A stretch of DNA of 64,000 bases. Origin: Candidatus Omnitrophota bacterium. GTDB taxonomy: Bacteria > Omnitrophota > Gorgyraeia > Zapsychrales > Zapsychraceae. The translations under genes were made by a program, and so were the position numbers. Every line of letters begins with the position of its first letter. Within the stretch, counting starts at the first letter, position 1. Location of the stretch: positions 1,593 to 65,592 of the forward strand of contig JAGQKV010000015.1 of assembly GCA_020429915.1 (NCBI GenBank), written 5' to 3'. The notes beneath the pieces were generated by a model, which worked only from the letters and a program-made list of their open reading frames with translations, was not told the DNA's origin and made no database searches. Below are positions 9,601 to 17,493 of the stretch, piece after piece.

Positions 9601-10434
9601 TCACTTTAAAACACTGAATCGGGGAAACTCCTGCGGACGGATCACGGCCAGGGTGTCTTCGGGAAATTCCTGCCAGTCATTCGGCTCGGCATCGGGGACC
9701 GTTGACGATACGACGGTCATGCGGCTTTGCGGATCGAAACGGTAAAACAGCGTGTTCCCCTTACGGAAGATCCACACCGTCTCACCGTCGCTCATGAAGA
9801 AATTGAGATACCGGTTTTCGTCCTCGATCTTCGCATAGAGTTTGTTGATCGCCGCCCGGATGCCTTGTTCGACGTCGTCATCATATTCTTTGACCGACTT
9901 CATAATCAGCAAGAAATACAGTTCCGAATCGATCCACGATTCAGGCGGATTCTGGTTACATACCGCCGGCGGATGCCGGGCCAGAAAATCCTCACCGATC
10001 AGATCGATCAGTATCTGTTTGCGCATGCCCCCGTTATGTCCGAACAACCATTTGCGGCCGTTGTAGGTGATACGGAACGGATGCGGGTTCGGCACTCCCT
10101 CCACGCAACCGGAAGACGCCCTCCTCAGGTGGCCCATCACGATCTCCGGTTCGAGGACGGCGATGTAACGCACGGCTTCGTCATACTCCTCGTTGAAGCT
10201 GGCGGCCTCGTCCCCGCGAATCACCACTTCGTCGCCCCGATCGTAAAATCCGACCGACCAGCCGTCCGGATAGATCTCTCCAAGATTCTTCAGCGAGTTT
10301 TTCGCGGTGATCAACTGATCTACAATGAATTCGCGGTCGAGGTCCGCTCCCACCGCCACCCAAAAACGGCAGGCGGAGGCGGCCGGCGCGATCATGAGCA
10401 ACGCGATGATAAACAGGACCTGAATAAATTTCAT
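9601..10434 (-). CDS. Exported class II glutamine-amidotransferase-like Ntn hydrolase (Cys immediately after the predicted signal-peptide cleavage site)
   Basis: The start at the internal Met gives MKFIQVLFIIALLMIAPAASA|CRFWVAVGA.... The Cys-first pattern is typical of class II GATase/Ntn-hydrolase domains (normally Met-Cys at the cytoplasmic N-terminus). Motifs GHLRRASSG and FGHNGGM are present. The ATGA overlap with the upstream gene was verified (cat at 10432-10434). Confidence 0.55.
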   Translation of the reverse strand: MKFIQVLFIIALLMIAPAASACRFWVAVGADLDREFIVDQLITAKNSLKNLGEIYPDGWSVGFYDRGDEVVIRGDEAASFNEEYDEAVRYIAVLEPEIVMGHLRRASSGCVEGVPNPHPFRITYNGRKWLFGHNGGMRKQILIDLIGEDFLARHPPAVCNQNPPESWIDSELYFLLIMKSVKEYDDDVEQGIRAAINKLYAKIEDENRYLNFFMSDGETVWIFRKGNTLFYRFDPQSRMTVVSSTVPDAEPNDWQEFPEDTLAVIRPQEFPRFSVLK

Positions 10435-10718
10435 TGGGAAATGTAAGAGGATTTGTACTGGCCGGCACGCTCCCGGCGTTCTTTTTCGGCCTGGCGTTTG
10501 GCCTTTTCCGTACGCCGGGTCCGGCGTTGCGCCTTGCGGCGGCGGAGAATGTTTCCTTTTTCCCGGGCACTCTTGCCGAGTGTGGCAAACCAGTCGGTGA
10601 CTTTGTTCCACGACGTCACCCGGTTGACATCCGTTTTTTCCGCCCCATAGCCGGCGGGGGAACCGAGCAACAGCGTCACGGTCACGAATAGCACGGGCAG
10701 CCGCCTACTCGCGCGCAT
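10431..10718 (-). CDS. Small secreted basic protein, paralogue A (conserved core NRVTSWNKVTDWFATLGK plus a Lys/Arg-rich tail)
   Basis: Start at the internal Met (MRASRRLPVLFVTVTLLLGSPAGYGA...; cat at 10716-10718). It has a signal peptide, then a core shared with the next gene, then RRRKAQRRTRRTEKAKRQAEKERRERAGQYK. Confidence 0.5.
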   Translation of the reverse strand: MRASRRLPVLFVTVTLLLGSPAGYGAEKTDVNRVTSWNKVTDWFATLGKSAREKGNILRRRKAQRRTRRTEKAKRQAEKERRERAGQYKSSYISQ

Positions 10719-11037
10719 CAATCCCTCCGCGGCCGTGCGGCATGCGCTTTTTATCCACCGTTTCCATGATCTGACGCTGCTGGCTGCGCATCTGTTTTTG
10801 AATCCGCTTCTGCTGCTTTTGGTGGGCCTTAAACACCCGCCGTTCCTGACGGCTCTTGCGACGTTCCAACAGGATACGCCGCTTTTCGGTATCATCTTTG
10901 CCCACGGTGGCAAACCAGTCGCCGATCTTGTTCATGGTCGTAACACGGTTGGGATCCTTGGCCGCGTCGGCCGGAACGGTGGAGCAGGTTAACAGCAGGA
11001 CCACGCCGCACAGTCCGGTGAATAGCCTTTTCCTCAT
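10705..11037 (-). CDS. Small secreted basic protein, paralogue B (core NRVTTMNKIGDWFATVGK plus a Lys/Arg/Gln-rich tail)
   Basis: 110 aa. Signal peptide MRKRLFTGLCGVVLLLTCSTVPADA. It clearly parallels the adjacent gene; this is a tandem duplication. Confidence 0.55.
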   Translation of the reverse strand: MRKRLFTGLCGVVLLLTCSTVPADAAKDPNRVTTMNKIGDWFATVGKDDTEKRRILLERRKSRQERRVFKAHQKQQKRIQKQMRSQQRQIMETVDKKRMPHGRGGIDARE

Positions 11038-11045
11038 TTCGTCTC

Positions 11046-11507
11046 CTACTCGTAGTACTCGATGGTAGTGTGTTCTTTCGGGTCGAACTTCATCGACTTC
11101 ATCCCCCAGTTCAGCACCTGCCCGGTGTCCTGATCAATCACCACGTGGAACGGGACCACCGGAAAGATCCCCAGGAAGGTATGACGCTTGTCCTTGAAGA
11201 GCAATGTCCATGTCCGCCGCAGCTCCAACCCCGTTTGGTCCTTGGGCAGGACGGCGTAAACGCGCGGTTGGCCGTTGCGGTACCATGTCGAGCGTCGCTC
11301 GGTCCGGTAGGGATCCAAGCTCACCAGACGGTCATACAGGCTTTGATTCAGAATGAATTCCTGTGCGAGCAGAATGGCCTCGACGCGGTCGACACCGTCA
11401 TCGGTGCGCACATCTTCCGCCAATTCCTTGATCGTGGCGTGATCCAGAACGGGAGTACAACCGCCCAACAGCGCGGCACAGGCTAAAGTTAAGATCAGTC
11501 GCTTCAT
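11046..11507 (-). CDS. Hypothetical lipoprotein
   Basis: 153 aa. The lipobox LLGG|C follows an MKRLILTLACAA signal. No family call. Confidence 0.55.
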   Translation of the reverse strand: MKRLILTLACAALLGGCTPVLDHATIKELAEDVRTDDGVDRVEAILLAQEFILNQSLYDRLVSLDPYRTERRSTWYRNGQPRVYAVLPKDQTGLELRRTWTLLFKDKRHTFLGIFPVVPFHVVIDQDTGQVLNWGMKSMKFDPKEHTTIEYYE

Positions 11508-11544
11508 ATGGGAAGGTCGTTGCGGATCACCGGTACCCGACAGG

Positions 11545-11850
11545 TTAACGGCAATGTCCCGCGCAATACGGATGATAGCCGACGCCGATTCCGAAATGCG
11601 GACGGTAAAACCCTTGCGAGATGTACAAATCCCGGGACCGTTCCGTGGTGTATTCCAGACGAATTCTGTCGGCTTCGTTTTTTAACTCCAGATACTTTTC
11701 CATGCTGATGTCCCCGGCGGTCAGCGCCTCGCGCAGTTCGGTCAACCGCGCGTCATGCCAGGCCCGCGAACCGACACCGGTGTAGGCACTCACGCAACCC
11801 GTCACCACCGATACAATCAGTAAGATCTGCAATATTCGCATGCGGGACAC
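11545..11850 (-). CDS. Hypothetical small lipoprotein
   Basis: 101 aa. Signal peptide with lipobox VVTG|C. The C-terminus is Gly/Tyr/His/Cys-rich (GIGVGYHPYCAGHCR). Confidence 0.5.
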   Translation of the reverse strand: MSRMRILQILLIVSVVTGCVSAYTGVGSRAWHDARLTELREALTAGDISMEKYLELKNEADRIRLEYTTERSRDLYISQGFYRPHFGIGVGYHPYCAGHCR

Positions 11851-11902
11851 TCCTTGAGGGGTTCAGTCGAGGACTTACTGCGATTCTATCACAAATAAAA
11901 CT

Positions 11903-14767
11903 TTATCGGCGTGATATTTTGGCGGAAATGGCAGGCGATTCGGCGGAAACCGCGTCGGGGTCGGGACTGATCACGGAGCCCGGATCACTCCCCAGCAGGA
12001 GCGGCAGGCTGTTCACCGGGGAGACATTGAGGATGACAGGAACAAAACCATCCACGCTCATATCCTTAAGCAAGGACGGATTGACCGAAAAGTGCAATTC
12101 GTCCGCATCGCCCCGGGTCTCCAACTGTAAATTGGCGGGATTCAAATCGATCCCCCCCACCGCATCGGCGTCGGACACAGCCTGTTCCGCCGATGGCGCG
12201 GCGGTGACCATCACGGCATGGTCGCGCAGCGTGCGTTCGAAGACGGTTTGAAACTTCATCGTGCCGTTAAAGACTTTATTGATGTCGGTTCCCGAATTCT
12301 CGATCAGGACCCGGTGCGCGAACGTGCCGAGGGACGTCCAGCTTTCATGCCGCGCCTTGATTTCGAGTTGGCCCGCCCACTCGACGCCTTTGGCCTCGAT
12401 CCGGGCGCGGCGACGGTCCTCCGCGGCCCGCAGATGAACGAACAGCAGATTGTCTTTCTTGCGCCACTCCTCGGGCACCGGTTTCTCCACGGTCTCGACA
12501 ATAATAATCCCGGTGTGGCCGTCAAAGTTATTCGCCCATGCCTCCTCCAGGTGGTCTTCGGCGCGCCAGGCATTGTAACGGTGGATCGTCTTGGACCCGT
12601 TTTTGCGCCGCAACGGATCCAGCCGGTAGCCGAACTCCTCCAGGGCTCCGACAATCAGGTCTTTAGTCACCGTCTTGCCCGCTCCGTGTCGTCCGTGCAG
12701 GACGAGTACCAGCGGTTCATCCGCGCGTTTCCGGCGGACGGCATTGCCGAGCCAACCGGCGATCTGAAGGATTCCCTGGCTGAACGGCTGTTCCTCCTCG
12801 GCGAGCGTCGCGTAATCGGTGACGTTATAATCCCGTTTGAGATGCCCGTACTCATCCCGGCGAATAAAGGTGGTCATGACGATCGCAGTCCCTTGTTTGA
12901 CCGGCGGGCGGCGAAAACGTCTTTCGCCCAGCTCGACCGCGGGCTTGCGATAATGCAGGGATTCCCAGTAGCGGGCGTCGCTGGTATCCGTCCCGTTGGG
13001 GCGTACACTCAGGACCGAAAAGCGGTCCGTTGCCCAAACGGCCGAGGCCAGGGCCTCATCAAAGTCGGGACTCTGCCGGGAGGTAAATTGCATAGCCAAC
13101 ACCTGGTCGATCGGCACGCTACGCCCGGTTTCTGTGTTGACGAAAAAATCGCCGCTGCGGTCCAGCAGGAAGGTATCAAACCGGTATTTATCCTGGTCGT
13201 ATTGCCGGACCCGGACGATCATAATCCCCTTGTGATCGTCGCTAAAAATGCGGGCAAAACCGTAGAGCATCCGCTCCAGAGAAAGTTGAAACATGTTCGA
13301 CGGGCTGTCTAAATCGATCGGACGGTTGGGAGCGAAGGTATCAAGAATCTCTTCCGCCCTGTCCAGCATGCGCATCCAGTTACCGGCAACGGCAAACCAT
13401 TGCGTCCCCTCTTCGGCCCGGCCGTTAAGCACGTGCTCGATGTCACTGCCCGTTTCCCCATCCACGGTATCGCTTTGCTCCACCAAACGCCGCCACACTT
13501 CGCGCAGGTAGGACACATCACTATCCGGCAGGATGCGCTCGACCAGGATCGACTGGTCGCCGTCGGATTCGCCCTTGGCCAACTGCCGCAACGCTGCCGC
13601 CCCGTCTCCGAGGCCATCCAGACGGGCGCGCACCCGGCGCAGAGCGAACACCGGGATCCCGGCCCCGGGATCATCCTGTTCACTGATTGCGGCCGCCATT
13701 TGCGCGTAATCGACGCCGCCGGAGAAATATTTGCGCGGGATGCGTTGATCGGTCAACGGATCGATGTCTTCACGTATGTAGTTGTAAACACCGCGCTCAA
13801 AGGCCTCAACGTACTTACGGTAAATGTGTTCATTGGCCTGCACGTCCGGCTGTGCAATGCCTTCGGTCTTACCGCGATCGACGTACAATTGTCCCAGCAG
13901 ACTGTCACGCAAATGCTGCTTGTACCACACGGCCAGGATAAGCGATTGATAAATTTGACGCAGCCGCGCGAAATTCCGCCCCTCGTTGACCTCCCGCTCG
14001 ATCTCCGGAATAAGTACTTCCCGCACGACGTCCGCCGAGATTCCGCTGACGATATCGGACCGTTCGGGAACAAAGTCGTTGCCGAGGGCATGCCGGCTTA
14101 AGGCCACGTAGTCCTCCTCCAGCATCACCTTCATCCGGCTTTCCAGGACCATGACCGTGGTGCCGTCACGCTGAACGACCGCCTTGTCCGGCACGATCCA
14201 CACCTTGTTGAAGGTATTCATCGGGATCTCGGTGGTACCGAAACGCGCGAAGGCCTTGGCCTGCACGCGCTGCCAAAAGGTCCTGCCTAATTCTTTTTCG
14301 GGATAAAGCATCGACGCGGACAGCTGCTTCAGCAGATAGTCCTGGGCGAGCAGTTCGCGGCCCATATCTGTTTGTCCGAATTCGGCGGGAATGATACGGT
14401 CGGCTTCGTAGGGGGACAGATTGACCCACAGCCTGTCTTCCGGCACGGTAAGCGCCGTCAGGAAAAACTTGATCAGCTGCCGGGCTTCCGCGCTCAGTTC
14501 CTCATCGGACATGTGCGCCTCCCCCTGGTTGACCAAAAAATCGAACTGCAACGGATTATCAGGATCAAGGGTGATGCCTTGGATGACCGGCGGATGGTAG
14601 ACCGGACTGATATCCAGCATCGTCCCCGGGGCCGGCAAATCCGCCACGACGCCATCTGTCAGTCCATATACCGGACCTCCGGATACGAACAAACACACCG
14701 CTGTCACGAGGCTTGTCAGTCCGCGCCAACGGCGGATATTGCGGGATATGTAGAGTCTTAATGTCAT
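11903..14767 (-). CDS. Large (~955 aa) exported or membrane-anchored protein with a C-terminal P-loop NTPase (nucleotide-kinase-like) domain; N-terminal ~650 aa unassigned
   Basis: Start at Met16 of the ORF (cat at 14765-14767) gives MTLRLYISRNIRRWRGLTSLVTAVCLFVSGGPVYG, a signal peptide or type II anchor. The Walker A sits at ~aa 700 (EPLVLVLHGRHGAGKTVTKDLI), followed by a kinase-like region (IIIVETVEKP...LLFVHLRAAEDRRRARIEAKG). It is the first gene of an apparent six-gene minus-strand operon of exported proteins. Confidence 0.6.
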   Translation of the reverse strand: MTLRLYISRNIRRWRGLTSLVTAVCLFVSGGPVYGLTDGVVADLPAPGTMLDISPVYHPPVIQGITLDPDNPLQFDFLVNQGEAHMSDEELSAEARQLIKFFLTALTVPEDRLWVNLSPYEADRIIPAEFGQTDMGRELLAQDYLLKQLSASMLYPEKELGRTFWQRVQAKAFARFGTTEIPMNTFNKVWIVPDKAVVQRDGTTVMVLESRMKVMLEEDYVALSRHALGNDFVPERSDIVSGISADVVREVLIPEIEREVNEGRNFARLRQIYQSLILAVWYKQHLRDSLLGQLYVDRGKTEGIAQPDVQANEHIYRKYVEAFERGVYNYIREDIDPLTDQRIPRKYFSGGVDYAQMAAAISEQDDPGAGIPVFALRRVRARLDGLGDGAAALRQLAKGESDGDQSILVERILPDSDVSYLREVWRRLVEQSDTVDGETGSDIEHVLNGRAEEGTQWFAVAGNWMRMLDRAEEILDTFAPNRPIDLDSPSNMFQLSLERMLYGFARIFSDDHKGIMIVRVRQYDQDKYRFDTFLLDRSGDFFVNTETGRSVPIDQVLAMQFTSRQSPDFDEALASAVWATDRFSVLSVRPNGTDTSDARYWESLHYRKPAVELGERRFRRPPVKQGTAIVMTTFIRRDEYGHLKRDYNVTDYATLAEEEQPFSQGILQIAGWLGNAVRRKRADEPLVLVLHGRHGAGKTVTKDLIVGALEEFGYRLDPLRRKNGSKTIHRYNAWRAEDHLEEAWANNFDGHTGIIIVETVEKPVPEEWRKKDNLLFVHLRAAEDRRRARIEAKGVEWAGQLEIKARHESWTSLGTFAHRVLIENSGTDINKVFNGTMKFQTVFERTLRDHAVMVTAAPSAEQAVSDADAVGGIDLNPANLQLETRGDADELHFSVNPSLLKDMSVDGFVPVILNVSPVNSLPLLLGSDPGSVISPDPDAVSAESPAISAKISRR

Positions 14768-15140
14768 GGTTCTCCGGTACGATCTCGTATATGCAATTCC
14801 ATCCCGGATCATGGGATGTCGGTTGCTTCGGATATTTACGGAGAACTAAAGTCGATCACGCGAGGGTGATGGGATTGGGGAATGGTTCGGTATGAACAGT
14901 GATTATAAGTCTAAGTATAATCAGCATTTGGGGGTAAGTCAAGGGCCAAAGCAAGCGCTTTCGCGGTTTTCCCGGAACCCGCCGGGATCATAAAATCACA
15001 AGTCTTTTATTTTCAAAGTCTTTCGCCCTTACATCCGAACCGACCTTGCCATTTGGCCGCCATGGTTTATACTTTACGGACATTTTTGCGAATTGACGAA
15101 CGACCCGATTGAGCGAACAACATACGGACCGCTCCGGCAG

Positions 15141-15149
15141 CCCCCCCCC
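15141..15149. repeat. Homopolymeric C9 tract in the divergent intergenic region, ~55 bp upstream of the BTLCP start codon
   Basis: gcag-CCCCCCCCC-gcgg was read directly. It is the longest G/C homopolymer noticed in the window. Confidence 0.9.
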
Positions 15150-15204
15150 GCGGGTACCGGCCGGACATCGGTCTTGACGAAACGACAGCCAGGATATCAT
15201 CAGC

Positions 15205-15780
15205 ATGCGACGGACAACGAGTCTTTTCGTGGCCCTGTCCCTTCTTTTGAGGGGCACGGCCCTGGCCGGCATCGGCTCCGATGCGACGGCCCGCACATCA
15301 CAGGAACGCCTCGAGTTGGCGCGTTTTCTCAAGGCGCAAAACATCCACTCCCTGCCCGAATACGTGAAGTGGTTCGAACAGCACATGACCTACCGGCCCG
15401 ATGGAGAGCGCGACAACTGGGCGCGGCCGCTCGATACCCTGCTGCGTCAAGGCGGGGACTGCGAAGATTTGGCCTTCCTGAACAAGGCGATGATCGCCCT
15501 GTTCGGCATAGAAGGCCGGGTTCTGGGCACGCGCCGAGGAGACGAACATCACGTGTTCCTCGTGTTTGAACACGCCGGCCGCATCTTCGTTTTCGATAAC
15601 ACGCGCTGTATCCGCACCAAGGCGCATTCGCTGGACGACATCGCCGCCTTTCTCTACCGGAAATACGAAATCGATTATCTGCTGGAAGTGGAAAACTCAC
15701 CGCGCCACATCCGCGTCCTGTATGACACGTTCACGCTACGCGGTTACGCGCGCGGTCCCTTGCCATTACCCGCCAGTTAG
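15205..15780 (+). CDS. Bacterial transglutaminase-like cysteine proteinase (BTLCP), secreted
   Basis: 191 aa. Signal peptide MRRTTSLFVALSLLLRGTALA. The diagnostic GGDCEDLAFL motif holds the catalytic Cys. The downstream His/Asp region is present (HHVFLVFE...FDN). Confidence 0.75.
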   Translation: MRRTTSLFVALSLLLRGTALAGIGSDATARTSQERLELARFLKAQNIHSLPEYVKWFEQHMTYRPDGERDNWARPLDTLLRQGGDCEDLAFLNKAMIALFGIEGRVLGTRRGDEHHVFLVFEHAGRIFVFDNTRCIRTKAHSLDDIAAFLYRKYEIDYLLEVENSPRHIRVLYDTFTLRGYARGPLPLPAS

Positions 15781-15791
15781 GACGCACAGGA

Positions 15792-16688
15792 TTATTCAAA
15801 ACGCAGGCGGCAATCGATATGATTGGGACTCACCCGGATCAGATCCAGGCGAAAGCTGGAAAACTGCGTCGCCTCCAACCGGTCGGCAAATTCGTCGACG
15901 TTAATGTCGAGAGACAGAAAATACTGCGCTACGCCTTTGGAAAAGTCAATTTCCTCCATACTGCGGACGAACGGATATTCACCGAGCAGGATCTTGATCA
16001 GACTTTGACGCATCTTGCTGGACATGCCGCTGACCGACAGGATGACTTCCTTCTCGGCCAGACCGTATCCCGAGGCCTGACGGGAACCGCGGTCCTGTTG
16101 CTTGTGTTGACGGATGATTTCCTGATTGCTGGGGACGTCCTGATTGCGGAAGTTGCGGGCGACATACGTGTTGTCGCGCCGGCCTCGGTCCGAAGAATTG
16201 GGCCGGTACACCCGCGGAGAGGTATCGCGGTCCTCTGCCGGAAATTTACGGACCTGCTCGCCGACGGTGATCGGCTCCGGTTCGCCGGTGCTGATGATGA
16301 AAAAAGAATTGGAATACACCTGCTGCACGCGCTCGCGAATGGCCGTCTTATATTCAAACCGGTACTTCATATCACCGACGATCAAACCGATCACCTGAAT
16401 ACGGAAAGTCCTTTCCTCCCCCGCCAGCAGGACCTGCTGCGGGGTGTCGCAGAGGCTCTCCTCACACTCCCAGTCCCCGTTGACCTGCAGACAGTCGCTC
16501 AGCGAACACATTCCCAGGTAATAGACCGGTTCGGTCAATTCATTGCGGACGGTGACCACCACACTATCACCGGTGGTGTACTGCGGCTTGTCTGTCTCGA
16601 CGGTGATTGCCGCCGACGCTCCGGAAGCCGGCAGGCCGAAGATCCCTGCGACGAACAGCACGGTACATATGTTGCGAATGACATTCAT
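15792..16688 (-). CDS. Hypothetical secreted protein (Cys-containing)
   Basis: Start at the internal Met (MNVIRNICTVLFVAGIFGLPASGASAA). ~298 aa with a Cys cluster (CSLSDCLQVNGDWECEESLC). ATGA overlap with the SDR gene stop. Confidence 0.5.
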   Translation of the reverse strand: MNVIRNICTVLFVAGIFGLPASGASAAITVETDKPQYTTGDSVVVTVRNELTEPVYYLGMCSLSDCLQVNGDWECEESLCDTPQQVLLAGEERTFRIQVIGLIVGDMKYRFEYKTAIRERVQQVYSNSFFIISTGEPEPITVGEQVRKFPAEDRDTSPRVYRPNSSDRGRRDNTYVARNFRNQDVPSNQEIIRQHKQQDRGSRQASGYGLAEKEVILSVSGMSSKMRQSLIKILLGEYPFVRSMEEIDFSKGVAQYFLSLDINVDEFADRLEATQFSSFRLDLIRVSPNHIDCRLRFE

Positions 16689-17473
16689 GAGCTTCTCTTT
16701 TTGGTTCCCTGGATCCAGCGGACCATCGCGGTGACGATATCGCGCGGCAAAAAACGCGCGCCGAAAACAAGGAACCGATTTTGCCAGCCCGGGATGGCCA
16801 CCGCCTTGTTCTTCAGCAGACAATGGTAACCGTATTCGGCGACATCCCTGGCCGTGGCCAGGCTGCTCAACTGAAAAAGTCGCGTCTGGGCCACATCGGC
16901 CACCGTCTGAAAATTCGTGGCCGTCGGACCGGGACACAACACCGAGACCCGCACCCCGCTGCCGCGCAACTCATTGCGCAGGGCCTGCGAGTAACTCACC
17001 AGATAGGCCTTGCCGGCGTAATAAACAGCCATATACGGCCCCGGGAAAAATGCCGCCGTGGAGGCCACGTTGCAAATATAGCCTTGCCCGCGGGCGATCA
17101 TATCCGGCAGCACCAAACGCGTCAGCCGGACCAGGCTGATGAGATTCACCTGCAGAATGTCCCGTTCATTCTCCCAGGATTGTTCCATGTAGGGGCCGCA
17201 GTAACCGAAACCGGCATTATTGATCAGCATGTCCACACTCATCCCGCGGGACTGAATTTCGTTGTGGACACCCCGGGCCGCGTCTTCCCGGGCCAAATCC
17301 GCAGGTACCACGAGCACCCGGATTCCGTGACGATCCTGCAATTCCTTGTAAATCTCGTTGAGGCGGTTGAGATTGCGGGCGACCAGGACCAGGTCGTATT
17401 TTTCCGCGGCCAGCAAACGGGCGAATTCATACCCGATCCCCGACGAAGCCCCGGTGACGACGGCTGTTGCCAT
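16685..17473 (-). CDS. SDR-family NAD(P)-dependent oxidoreductase
   Basis: TGASSGIG Rossmann motif and YxxxK catalytic pair (YYAGKAY). 262 aa. Confidence 0.85.
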   Translation of the reverse strand: MATAVVTGASSGIGYEFARLLAAEKYDLVLVARNLNRLNEIYKELQDRHGIRVLVVPADLAREDAARGVHNEIQSRGMSVDMLINNAGFGYCGPYMEQSWENERDILQVNLISLVRLTRLVLPDMIARGQGYICNVASTAAFFPGPYMAVYYAGKAYLVSYSQALRNELRGSGVRVSVLCPGPTATNFQTVADVAQTRLFQLSSLATARDVAEYGYHCLLKNKAVAIPGWQNRFLVFGARFLPRDIVTAMVRWIQGTKKRSS

Positions 17474-17493
17474 GAAGGATTCCTTTGCCTGAT

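Noticed and set aside
9601-10434. Assigning the secreted Ntn hydrolase as EgtC of the ergothioneine pathway
   Set aside because: It is 8 kb from egtBD, embedded in a different operon, and carries a signal peptide. EgtC is cytoplasmic. Only the fold is shared.
14988-15386. 132-aa minus-strand ORF in the divergent intergenic region upstream of the BTLCP gene
   Set aside because: It overlaps the BTLCP start and signal-peptide region on the opposite strand, has an Arg-rich artefactual composition, and has no RBS. It is more likely non-coding promoter DNA containing the C9 tract.
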